Source: an uncultured Planctomycetales bacterium (GTDB taxonomy: Bacteria > Omnitrophota > Gorgyraeia > Gygaellales > Profunditerraquicolaceae). From it: a DNA stretch of 30,860 nt. Made by a program: the position numbers and the translations under genes. Shown here piece after piece: positions 1-8,391 of the stretch; the first letter of the stretch is position 1; each line of letters starts with the position of its first letter. The notes under the pieces are model-generated. The model saw nothing but the letters and a program-made list of their open reading frames with translations. It searched no databases and had not been told where the DNA came from. The DNA lies in contig CAYHNY010000002.1 of assembly GCA_964358115.1 (NCBI GenBank), positions 1-30,860 of the forward strand, in the 5' to 3' direction.

Positions 1-40
1 CCATGATCAACTCGATTAACGTAAAACCTTTCTTATTCAT
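1..40 (-). CDS. Type IV pilin-like protein (prepilin), 5' end only; runs off the window
   Basis: Reverse complement of 1-40 reads MNKKGFTLIELIM: class III signal peptide with basic leader, G|F cleavage site and Glu at +5. A strong SD (GGAGGTGA, 46-53) precedes the ATG. Not in the ORF track because it is truncated. Confidence 0.9.
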   Translation of the reverse strand, partial: MNKKGFTLIELIM

Positions 41-45
41 TTTAC

Positions 46-53
46 TCACCTCC
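46..53 (-). promoter_or_regulatory. Shine-Dalgarno site of the prepilin gene
   Basis: Minus strand GGAGGTGA, 5 nt before the ATG at 40, within a longer GGAGGGGAGGTGA purine run. Confidence 0.8.
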
Positions 54-90
54 CCTCCAGATTGGATTCTTTATTTCTACCTATATAAAT

Positions 91-109
91 AAGCAAAAAA
101 CATGCCAAA
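91..109 (-). promoter_or_regulatory. Sigma54 (RpoN) -24/-12 promoter for the prepilin gene
   Basis: Minus strand TTTGGCATGTTTTTTGCTT, with exact GG-N10-GC spacing (GG at 106-105, GC at 94-93). Close match to TGGCACG-N4-TTGCW; lies downstream of an NtrC-family activator gene. Confidence 0.88.
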
Positions 110-168
110 TCTAGTTTTTTGGTGTAATTTTTTTATCTTAATTACTTAAAACAGTTTAACTATATAAT

Positions 169-181
169 TATCAATGAGTTA
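169..181 (+). promoter_or_regulatory. Candidate IHF binding site
   Basis: TATCAATGAGTTA matches the WATCAA-N4-TTR consensus exactly. It sits in a very AT-rich spacer between the sigma54 promoter and the putative enhancer. Confidence 0.6.
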
Positions 182-247
182 TATAATATGGTTTTTATTA
201 TTTTTATGCCTATTTATCTTTATTAACCTTTTAAAAAACTCTTTTCT

Positions 248-284
248 GCGTAATATTCACGCTGAGTGTGTAAACAATTACTCA
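248..284. promoter_or_regulatory. Candidate upstream activator (enhancer) sites for the NtrC/PilR-like protein; two imperfect palindromes
   Basis: GCGTAA-TAT-TCACGC (248-262) and GTGTAA-ACAA-TTACTC (268-283, nested in TGAGT...ACTCA), about 140-180 bp upstream of the -24 element. Could alternatively be RNA hairpins at the operon end. Confidence 0.4.
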
Positions 285-1660
285 CTTAAATTATGCTCTT
301 TCATTTTGTTATAAAGGGTCTTACGGCTGATCCCCAACTCCTTGGCTGCCGAGCTACAATTGCCCTTATTTTTAGCTAAAGCCTGCTGGATCAGCTGCTT
401 TTCGATTTTGCCGGTAGCCCCCTTGACTGCTTCCGATAAAGAAATGTAGTTACCCATATCCGTCAAATCAATATCCTTAGGGGCCAGGGCTTCGGCTACC
501 AGCGGAGCTAAGCTTTCTTTTGAAAGTATATTTGCCGTCTCAAGCACGATAGCCCGTTTTAAGATATTTTCCAGCTCCCGGATATTTCCTGGCCAGGGAT
601 AGTTGACCAGCAATTCCAAGGCCTCAATAGAGATGCCTTCAATTGAACGATTCAGCTCCTGGTTAAACTTCTGGATAAAATATTCCAAAAGCAGCGGGAT
701 ATCTTCGCGGCGTTTACGCAATGGCGGCAGATATATAGAAATAACATTTATGCGGTAATATAAGTCTTCGCGGAACCTCTTTTCTCTCACCTCGGTAAGC
801 AAGTCCTTATTGGTAGCGGCGATAATGCGCACATTCACGGGCACAGTCTTTGTCCCTCCCAGCCGCTCAATCTTCTTCTCTTCCAAAACCCTCAAAAATT
901 TAGCCTGCAAAACCAGGCTCATATCCCCGATTTCATCCAGGAAGATCGACCCGCCGTTGGCCTGCTCAAACTTTCCGGGCTTGGCTTCTTTGGCGTCGGT
1001 AAAAGCCCCCTTCTCATAACCGAATAATTCACTCTCAAGCAGCGTCTCCGGGATCGCAGAACAGGTAATGGGGACAAATGGCCTATTCTTGTAAGGGCTG
1101 CAGGCGTGGACAGCTTCGGCTATCAGCTCCTTGCCCGTGCCGCTTTCTCCCAGAACCAGCACCGTAACATTGCTTTCGGCAACCTTTAAAATAAAGCGTC
1201 GGATCTGCCGTATAGCCGGGCCTTCGCCGATCAGCTCTTTAAAAGGAAAAGAGCTGAGAGAATCCAGGTTATCCGGCCCAACCTTATGCCTCTCTACCGC
1301 CTGCCGCACGGTTAAACGCAGATGGGATAAATCAAAAGGCTTGGTGAAATAGCTAAAAGCCAGTTCGCCTATTTTTTCTATATCTACGTTTTCCTTGCCG
1401 TAAGCAGTAAGGACAATAGGATAGATCTTCGGGTTGATGGCGTTAATCTTGATCAAAGTCTCGATGCCGTTTAGGTTAGGCATACGCACGTCCATAATCA
1501 CTCCGGCAAAATCTTCTTTACTAACCCTTTCAATTGCCTCTTTGCCGTCCTTAGCCGTAACCACATTGTATCCGTCTTTTTTTAAAGCTTCAGAAATGGC
1601 AAAACGCATTGCGGTATCGTCATCAACTACAAGTATAGAATTATTATTCTTTTCGCTCAT
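278..1660 (-). CDS. Sigma54-dependent response regulator, NtrC/AtoC family (PilR-like by context)
   Basis: Receiver (VVDDD, GVIMDVRMP, FTKPF); AAA+ domain with Walker A GESGTGKE, ESELFGYEKGAFTDA, Walker B IFLDEI, FREDLYYR, WPGNIREL; Fis-type HTH AAKELGISRKTLYNKM. Confidence 0.96.
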   Translation of the reverse strand: MSEKNNNSILVVDDDTAMRFAISEALKKDGYNVVTAKDGKEAIERVSKEDFAGVIMDVRMPNLNGIETLIKINAINPKIYPIVLTAYGKENVDIEKIGELAFSYFTKPFDLSHLRLTVRQAVERHKVGPDNLDSLSSFPFKELIGEGPAIRQIRRFILKVAESNVTVLVLGESGTGKELIAEAVHACSPYKNRPFVPITCSAIPETLLESELFGYEKGAFTDAKEAKPGKFEQANGGSIFLDEIGDMSLVLQAKFLRVLEEKKIERLGGTKTVPVNVRIIAATNKDLLTEVREKRFREDLYYRINVISIYLPPLRKRREDIPLLLEYFIQKFNQELNRSIEGISIEALELLVNYPWPGNIRELENILKRAIVLETANILSKESLAPLVAEALAPKDIDLTDMGNYISLSEAVKGATGKIEKQLIQQALAKNKGNCSSAAKELGISRKTLYNKMKEHNLSE

Positions 1661-1661
1661 C

Positions 1662-2693
1662 TTAAGACCTTTCAGGCAGAGTTATGATAAAACTGGTGCC
1701 TTTTGATTTCTCGCTTTTTACTTCCATTAAACCCTGATGCGATAAAATAACCTGCTGGGAAACGGTTAACCCCAACCCGGTATTGGCATCCTTGGTAGTA
1801 TAAAATGGCTCGAATATCTTGTCTATGTCCTTTTCGTCTATACCAGTTCCGGTATCGGAAAAAGTAATCCGGATATTGCCGTTTAAGTGCCCTGTGCTTA
1901 TTTTAAGCGTTCCTCCTTCCGGCATAGCATCATAGGCGTTGAGAATGATGTTTAAAAAAGACTGTTTTAATTTATCGGGATAGCCTGAGATTATCGACGG
2001 CAGGCCGTCCGTCTTTCTGATAATTTTTATCTTGGCCGCCCTGGGTTCAAACTTGGCTAAAGCCAGGATTTCATCAAGCAGGGCGTTAATATCCGTCTTC
2101 TCTTCTCTTAGCTCCTTCGGATTTCCGGAACAAAGACCTAAAAACCTGTTGATTGTTCCTTCTAGCCTTTCTATTTCACCAAGGATCACCCGGGTATATT
2201 CTTTTTTTGGCTCGCCGGGATTAAAATCTTCGTCGATTAGATTAACCAATCCCTTGATCGAACCCAACGGATTCCTTAGCTCGTGTGCTACTCCCGCCGC
2301 CATCAATCCCAAAGAGCTTAAACGCTGGAACAATTCCTTTTTTCTCTGCGCCAGCAAAGAAAATTTAGTCTTGTCCAAAGAAGAAAATAATTCCTCGATT
2401 TCCCGTTCGAAATAGGCAGGGCGTTTCTTAACTTCTGAATCGGCCTGCGTTAAGTTTTGACTAGCCGCAGCCAATTCTTGAAGCGGCACCATAAGCGCAT
2501 AGGCTAACGCCAAACCCACCACAAAAGATAACAGTGTAGAGAGAAAAAGGTATATTTTTAAGGCATTAAGGGTTTGCGCTAAATCCGCCAGATTTGGTAT
2601 GCTGTAAAGAAAAACCAATCCTGAACCGGCTACAACCAGGGTAATTAAAAGAGGGATAGCAAAGACAAGGCGGATGGCAATATATTTCTTCAT
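1662..2693 (-). CDS. Membrane sensor histidine kinase, NtrB-type (PilS-like by context); 2 TM with a very short loop, HAMP-like linker
   Basis: Two N-terminal hydrophobic helices; H-box VAHELRNPLG; N-box LNIILNAYDAM; DTGTGI; FEPFYTTK; GLGL. Confidence 0.93.
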   Translation of the reverse strand: MKKYIAIRLVFAIPLLITLVVAGSGLVFLYSIPNLADLAQTLNALKIYLFLSTLLSFVVGLALAYALMVPLQELAAASQNLTQADSEVKKRPAYFEREIEELFSSLDKTKFSLLAQRKKELFQRLSSLGLMAAGVAHELRNPLGSIKGLVNLIDEDFNPGEPKKEYTRVILGEIERLEGTINRFLGLCSGNPKELREEKTDINALLDEILALAKFEPRAAKIKIIRKTDGLPSIISGYPDKLKQSFLNIILNAYDAMPEGGTLKISTGHLNGNIRITFSDTGTGIDEKDIDKIFEPFYTTKDANTGLGLTVSQQVILSHQGLMEVKSEKSKGTSFIITLPERS

Positions 2694-2695
2694 TC

Positions 2696-5257
2696 TTATG
2701 ACTTATCTAGCGGCAGGATAAAGCTGAACTTACTGCCTTTTCCCCAGCTGCTTTCCGCCCAGATCCTGCCTTTATGACGGCTAATGATCTCTTTGGCCAG
2801 ATTCAGGCCTAAACCTAAACCGCTAAATTTTTCTTCCTTTGTGCTGGTTTCGGCAAAGCGGCCGAATATCTTATCCATGTCAACGGCAGGAATCCCTTTG
2901 CCGGTATCTTCTACGCTCACACAGACAAAATCCGTAGGCTTCTTATGCTCATCAAGGTATGGCGCTGCGCGCACCGTGATCAGGCCGTTGCGGGAGGTGG
3001 CTTTTAAGGCATTGCTCAAGAGGTTAGCCAAAACTAAATTGATCTTTTCTTTATCCGCGCTAACCTCTAAAATGCTTCTGGGCAAATCTTTTTTTAAAGA
3101 GAGTGACTTTTCTTTTGCCAAGAGCTCAAAATTCACTAAGCTGTTTTCAATAAGCGAAACCAGGTCAAACTTAAGCAGATTTAGCTGCAAACCTTGCTCG
3201 GCTTCCTTGATGCTGACCACCGCATCGATACTGCGCTGCAGCCTCTCTGAGCTCTCTTTAGCCTGAAGAAGCAGCCTCTTTTGTTCTTCGCTTAAGCCCC
3301 CTGCGGTTTCACCGAGCAGCAATATCAGGCTATCCTGCAAGGTGACTAAGGGATCCTTTAAGTGCGCGGATACCCGGCCGACAAAATCATTTTTCGTTTT
3401 CTCTAATTCTTTCTGCTTGGTTACATCCGAAAGCACGAAAAGCATGCCAATGGTCTTGCCGTTTTCGTCTTCAACCACGGTGGTAGAGGCCTTGATCGCA
3501 TCTTTGGTATTACTGTTAGGGCTGGACAACTCCACATTGGCAGCGCCTGCGCCGGAGCCTCTTCTGACTAAAGCTAACAGATGCTCATCTTTTAGCTGCT
3601 CTAAAATAGGCTTGCCCACCATATTTTCCTTAGAGATACCTAAGAGGTCTTCGGCTGCCCGGTTCATCAGCATAACTTTTTCTTCTTTATCCACTACTAC
3701 CACTCCGGATGAAAGCTCATGCAATAACTTATTAGCCCGCTCTAAGTCCTGGCCCATTTCCTTATTTTGCTCAAGCAATTCCTTAGTCGCATCGCGAACG
3801 CGGATATTAATGATTTCCTCGGCCTTCTGGGCGATATTGCGCAAATCCTTTAACTCTTTTTTAGAGATCACTACTTCATCCGGCTTAAGGTTTAATTTCT
3901 CTGTTTCCGCAGGCGGGGCCTCCTCTTTTTTACGCAATGCTTCCAGCTCTTCTTTGAGAACTACTGCTTCTTCGGGTTTAACCTCGACTTCTTTAACCGC
4001 GGCCTGCCGTGCTTGTTGCGTTTTTAACTTCTGCTCAAATTCCATGAGGCGCCGCAACTCTGCTATGGGAATCTCTATTTTTTTCTCAATAATAGGCATA
4101 TCTTTGATCTTTTCCAATGCCTGATCAAAATCTTTATCTTTAAGGATAGACTCTTGTTTCAGCCGCTGCGCAAGCGCAGGCATGATTTTATCCCTCTCTT
4201 CATTGGATTCGAAGGTCTTCTGGACAATTGCGGCCAGGGCATCCGCCGACTTTTTCTTGGCGTGGTTAAATTTATTAATAATCATATTGATTTTCAGCTT
4301 TTCCACATATTGCGAGACAATGGTGCCTAAGGCCTCGGAGGTCTTTAAGTTATCCGGGCTTCCTGCGCCTATAGCCAGCAGTTCTTCCTGAACCCGTTTT
4401 CCTATCTCTGCCATTAATACCGAAAGGTCTTTTCTTAAAGAGTCTCCTTCGCGTTCAAGCAGGTCTAATAGCCAACCGCCCAATTTTTGCATAACTGAAG
4501 ACAGGTTGTTAACCTGACGGCCGACATCGATAAGCTGAGTGGCAGTGCGCTTAGGGTTGCGCTCTAACTCTTGAAGTAACTTCTTCTCATCCAGTTCGGC
4601 GCTCAAATCTTCGATCTCGCCCAGCAAGAAACGCAGGAAAACCTTGTATAAGGTTTCCTTTCGCACTTTCATGGCCGCAAGGTAGTCGGCCCTGCTTGGA
4701 GCAATCCCTTCGCTTTCTTTAGTCCCGCCGGCTTTTAGCCCTTCTTCAGCCGAAACGATAACCTCATCATCGCCGATGCGGGCATAATGCACTTTTTCTA
4801 ACTTTATATGGGGTATTTTTTCAGGGATAAGCAGGATAGTGATTCCGCCCTTTGCTTCAATGGAATCTTCCTTCATGGAAAATACATTTAAAAAAGTATT
4901 CAACTCTTCAAAGGGGATGCCTTCAAAAAAGGTCAAGGCATCTATCTTTAATTTTTTAAAATTGGTAAAGAAGCGGGCTATCGAGGGATTAGCTAAATCC
5001 AAAACCTTGTCTTCAACCAGCAGCCTGTCTTCGACCATGCCGAAAGGTATCTGGTGCTTTCCGGATAAAATCTTAGTTAAGGCCGCATAAGCATTATCTG
5101 CAAACTGCTTAATCAGGGGATGGCCTGAGTGATAGAGCGAGTACTGAATTGTAGCCAGGTTGATGGCTTTGATAAATTCCTCAAAGCCGGTAAGTACCGG
5201 GGCCTGGAAAGCGCCCGAAGGCTGCACTTGAGGCTGTGGTTCAGGGGTATCGGCCAT
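2696..5257 (-). CDS. Large cytoplasmic atypical PAS histidine kinase-like protein (helical N-terminal region, coiled coil, PAS, degenerate HisKA, HATPase_c)
   Basis: PAS (SGVVVVDKEEKVMLMNRAAEDLLG...VLSDVT); DHp reads VSAHLKDPL instead of VSHELRTPL; HATPase NLLSNA, DTGKGI, GLGLGL, WGKGSKFSF. Confidence 0.85.
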   Translation of the reverse strand: MADTPEPQPQVQPSGAFQAPVLTGFEEFIKAINLATIQYSLYHSGHPLIKQFADNAYAALTKILSGKHQIPFGMVEDRLLVEDKVLDLANPSIARFFTNFKKLKIDALTFFEGIPFEELNTFLNVFSMKEDSIEAKGGITILLIPEKIPHIKLEKVHYARIGDDEVIVSAEEGLKAGGTKESEGIAPSRADYLAAMKVRKETLYKVFLRFLLGEIEDLSAELDEKKLLQELERNPKRTATQLIDVGRQVNNLSSVMQKLGGWLLDLLEREGDSLRKDLSVLMAEIGKRVQEELLAIGAGSPDNLKTSEALGTIVSQYVEKLKINMIINKFNHAKKKSADALAAIVQKTFESNEERDKIMPALAQRLKQESILKDKDFDQALEKIKDMPIIEKKIEIPIAELRRLMEFEQKLKTQQARQAAVKEVEVKPEEAVVLKEELEALRKKEEAPPAETEKLNLKPDEVVISKKELKDLRNIAQKAEEIINIRVRDATKELLEQNKEMGQDLERANKLLHELSSGVVVVDKEEKVMLMNRAAEDLLGISKENMVGKPILEQLKDEHLLALVRRGSGAGAANVELSSPNSNTKDAIKASTTVVEDENGKTIGMLFVLSDVTKQKELEKTKNDFVGRVSAHLKDPLVTLQDSLILLLGETAGGLSEEQKRLLLQAKESSERLQRSIDAVVSIKEAEQGLQLNLLKFDLVSLIENSLVNFELLAKEKSLSLKKDLPRSILEVSADKEKINLVLANLLSNALKATSRNGLITVRAAPYLDEHKKPTDFVCVSVEDTGKGIPAVDMDKIFGRFAETSTKEEKFSGLGLGLNLAKEIISRHKGRIWAESSWGKGSKFSFILPLDKS
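3839..4085 (-). repeat. Three degenerate internal peptide repeats in the large kinase
   Basis: KPDEVVISKKELKDLR, KPEEAVVLKEELEALR and the weaker KIEIPIAELRRL, each followed by a charged helical stretch. Confidence 0.55.
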
Positions 5258-5264
5258 TTTATAT

Positions 5265-6839
5265 TTAGCTTTCTTTGGTTAAAAAATTATGGTAAATTTC
5301 GGGTATATCCAGAACAAGGCAAATCCTTGCCTCAGGCAAAATTGCCGCGCCGCATAAATATTTCACCTTGCCCAGCAAATTGCCGAAGCTTCTCAATAAA
5401 AGCTGCCTTTCTTCTAAGATCTCATCGACAATCAATCCCATATATCTGCCCGCGCATTGCGCGATCATCACCGCTTCTTGAGATTTATTTTCTTGATGCG
5501 TAACCGGCAAATTTAAGAATTTTTCTAATTTTACTACGGGGACAAGGGAATTGTCAATCCTTAAAGTGAAAAACCCGTCTTTTCCCAGGATATCCGCCGG
5601 GTTAACCTTTAAGTTCTTATGCGCGAAGGGAATCGGAATGGCAAAAAACTGCCCGCCGGACTTAAGCAAAATGCCTGAGGTCATGCCGATCGTCAGCGGC
5701 AAGGAAAATATGAATCTAGTGAACTTATGCTCGCAAGATTCAATCTCAACAGTTCCCGATAATCTTTCGATATTGTCTCTGACCGCATCCAGGCCCACCC
5801 CTCTTCCTGAAAGCGTATCTACCGAAACCGAAGAGCTAAAACCGGGCAACAATATTAAGCGCAGGATTTGCGACGGAGTCATATGCAGGAGCTGCTCCTC
5901 TGTAACCAATTTCTTTTCTAAGGCTAATCTTTGGACCATCTCCGGGTCGATACCCCGTCCGTCATCTTCTATGGTGATAAATACCCGGTTGGCTTTTAAG
6001 CTCGCGCTGATCTTAATGCTCCCCTTTGCCGGCTTATTTAAATTTATGCGCTCCTGCGGCATCTCAATACCGTGCCTGACGGCATTATTGACGGTATGTA
6101 TAAGCGCAGCCTTGACTTCTTCGGCAATAAGCTTATCTATGCCTACGGAGCCTAGCCCCAACGATACCTCAGCTTCTTTTTTCTCTTTAACCGAGATATC
6201 CCGGATCATTCTGGGAAAATCCTCAAGTAAAACCGATAAAGGCGCCAGGCGCAGACGGTTCAAGTTCCCCTGCACCTGCTCCATCAGGCTGGCTAATCGG
6301 TCCTGATTCTCAGCTAATCCCTTTATTAAAGAGTTTAAACCGGCTTTCAATTCTTCGCTGATATCCTTGACCTTCAAGACGCCTTTTAGGGCCTCTAAAT
6401 TTTGATTAAACCGGCTAACTTCTTCGTTTATATACCAGCTAAGTATAGAAAGCTTATCCATTCTGGCAAGGGGAACTCTTAATAGCTCTTCCTGCTTATG
6501 TATAACCTTTTCCTCCTTACCTAAATCCTCAATTGATTTCTTTAAAGAGTCGAGCTTGTCGAATACGCTGTTGATCATCTGCGTAGCAGCCGCTTCTTGC
6601 GCCCCGGGTAAACCCGCCAAAATATCCTCCAGGCCATGCGCCATCCGGCTTATATCTTCCAAGCCTAACATCCGGGCTGAGCCCTTGATGGTATGCGCGG
6701 CGCGCTTTAGCTCGGAGATTATCTCGGGGTCAGCTTTATTTTTTTCAAATGCCAAAAGCTCCCGGGTGATATCGCGGATACGCCCGTAAGTCTCTTCTTT
6801 GAAAAGAGGCAGAAATTTACTTTTATCAAACTCTTCCAT
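5265..6839 (-). CDS. cheA: Chemotaxis histidine kinase CheA, compact (P1-P3-P4-P5; no P2, no receiver)
   Basis: HPt AHTIKGSARMLG; P4 HTVNNAVRHGIE, EDDGRGID, ILLPGFSS, SGRGVGLD; C-terminal CheW-like P5 (GLIVDEIL, CGAAILPEARICLVLD). Confidence 0.93.
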   Translation of the reverse strand: MEEFDKSKFLPLFKEETYGRIRDITRELLAFEKNKADPEIISELKRAAHTIKGSARMLGLEDISRMAHGLEDILAGLPGAQEAAATQMINSVFDKLDSLKKSIEDLGKEEKVIHKQEELLRVPLARMDKLSILSWYINEEVSRFNQNLEALKGVLKVKDISEELKAGLNSLIKGLAENQDRLASLMEQVQGNLNRLRLAPLSVLLEDFPRMIRDISVKEKKEAEVSLGLGSVGIDKLIAEEVKAALIHTVNNAVRHGIEMPQERINLNKPAKGSIKISASLKANRVFITIEDDGRGIDPEMVQRLALEKKLVTEEQLLHMTPSQILRLILLPGFSSSVSVDTLSGRGVGLDAVRDNIERLSGTVEIESCEHKFTRFIFSLPLTIGMTSGILLKSGGQFFAIPIPFAHKNLKVNPADILGKDGFFTLRIDNSLVPVVKLEKFLNLPVTHQENKSQEAVMIAQCAGRYMGLIVDEILEERQLLLRSFGNLLGKVKYLCGAAILPEARICLVLDIPEIYHNFLTKES

Positions 6840-6845
6840 TTGTCT

Positions 6846-8390
6846 TTAATCTAACTTAAACTCGCCTATAGCCTGTTTTAACTGATGGGAAAAAGCCTCT
6901 ATCTGCTGGCTTAAGCTTTCGATCCCCTTAGTTTGAGAGAGGGATTCCTGGCTTAACCCCTGTATATAAACGATAAGTTTTACTGCATCGGAAAAAAGCC
7001 TTTGCTGCTCTTCTATGGCAGAGTATATCTGCAAGGCCAAGGCATTAGTTTCTGCGGTAACGCGGTCGATCTTCTCGTTAGTGCCTTTTATCCTGGTAAT
7101 AAGCTCCAGGTCTTGTTTTATCTCGCTATTTCCGGCATCGGCAAAAGAAACCATGCCGCGGATATCTTCCTGTATCTGGCCGATCATCTTACGGATCTCG
7201 GTAGTGGCTTCCTGGGAACGCTCGGAAAGCCTGCGCACTTCTTTGGCTAAAGCCCCCAGCCCTTCAGGTGCTTCAAACTTATTTACTTCAATGTTAAAAT
7301 TTAAAGCCAGCATATCTATTTTCTTAGAAATTTCCTCTATCCAATCCAGGATCTTATTGATGGACCGGGATTTACCCTCCAGTACCTGGACCTGCTTAAT
7401 AAGCGAATCCATTTTTTCTTTTACCCGGTCTATGCCTGCGACGATTTGAGCCGCCACATCTTTGCCTTCATGAGTAAATTGCGCGCTCATCTTAAGGCTC
7501 CGGGTAGCCTCTTGAGAGCTCCTGGCTACTTCGCTGGCCGTATTCCTTAAATTTTCTATTACCGCACCTGCCTCGTTGATCTGGGAGGCCTGGCGCAGGT
7601 TGATCTCAGTCTGGGCTTGAGAAATCTCCTTCATCTTGTGGCTGCTTTCGACTAGCCTGCCGCCCACCTCCTTGACCCCGCGCATAAGCTCGGCTAAATT
7701 AATCAGCATCTGATTAAAGGCCCTGGCTAAATCGCCTATTTCATCGTGCTTCTCGATATTCAAACGCTGGGTAAGGTCGCCTTTTAATTCCGACAGCGCG
7801 GTAGTGACCCGGGTAATCTTTTGCAGAGGCTGCCTGATGCTATGATTAACGTAAGATATGGATAAGGCCACTCCTAAAACCAGGACAAAGGTCAAAATCA
7901 CTAAAGCGGCGATAGAAACCCGCTGGGACTTATAGGGCGAAATGGATTTTTGGCGGAACTCTACCTGCGCATCCTTGACTAATACATCTAATGCTAATAG
8001 CATATTGTCTATTTTATAAATATTTCTTGAGACATCAGGGTAATAAAGCTGGCTGACCATGGTTTTCAGGATATTTTCTTTATTTATTTTATCGGCTAAA
8101 CTAAAAGAGTGTTCGCGGATAAAATTCAGGGTTGTCTCAGCCTGCTGTTTCAAGACTTCCAGGTAGGCGGAAACGCTTGGGGCATCATTGGCAATGAATG
8201 CCGAACGCCCTTTTAGAAGGTTAGAGCGCATATCCTCAAGCTGGATAACCAGATTGGTCTGATTGATAATCTCATAAGAACTACGGCTGGCCTTATCAAT
8301 GCCCCAGATGCCGATTAAGCCCATGACTACAAAACCCGGATATAAAATAAGCAGCAACAGGGCTATCTTCTTAGCAATAGTCAATCGCAT
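6846..8390 (-). CDS. Methyl-accepting chemotaxis-like receptor (TM, ~125 aa sensor, TM, HAMP, signalling domain with divergent tip)
   Basis: Start revised to the ATG at 8390 (MRLTIAKK), 1 nt after the upstream stop. HAMP GDLTQRLNIEKHDEIGDLARAFNQM; tip MLALN...EVRRLSERSQEATTEI. Confidence 0.88.
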   Translation of the reverse strand: MRLTIAKKIALLLLILYPGFVVMGLIGIWGIDKASRSSYEIINQTNLVIQLEDMRSNLLKGRSAFIANDAPSVSAYLEVLKQQAETTLNFIREHSFSLADKINKENILKTMVSQLYYPDVSRNIYKIDNMLLALDVLVKDAQVEFRQKSISPYKSQRVSIAALVILTFVLVLGVALSISYVNHSIRQPLQKITRVTTALSELKGDLTQRLNIEKHDEIGDLARAFNQMLINLAELMRGVKEVGGRLVESSHKMKEISQAQTEINLRQASQINEAGAVIENLRNTASEVARSSQEATRSLKMSAQFTHEGKDVAAQIVAGIDRVKEKMDSLIKQVQVLEGKSRSINKILDWIEEISKKIDMLALNFNIEVNKFEAPEGLGALAKEVRRLSERSQEATTEIRKMIGQIQEDIRGMVSFADAGNSEIKQDLELITRIKGTNEKIDRVTAETNALALQIYSAIEEQQRLFSDAVKLIVYIQGLSQESLSQTKGIESLSQQIEAFSHQLKQAIGEFKLD

Positions 8391-8391
8391 A

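Noticed and set aside
111-240. Very AT-rich stretch considered as a replication origin, foreign DNA or small RNA
   Set aside because: Explained by the sigma54 promoter spacer (IHF-bent DNA); no DnaA boxes, iterons or RNA motif recognised.
985-1012. GAFTDA instead of GAFTGA in the sigma54 activator
   Set aside because: A common natural variant in NtrC/AtoC-family proteins; the critical Phe-Thr is intact and a sigma54 promoter lies next door.
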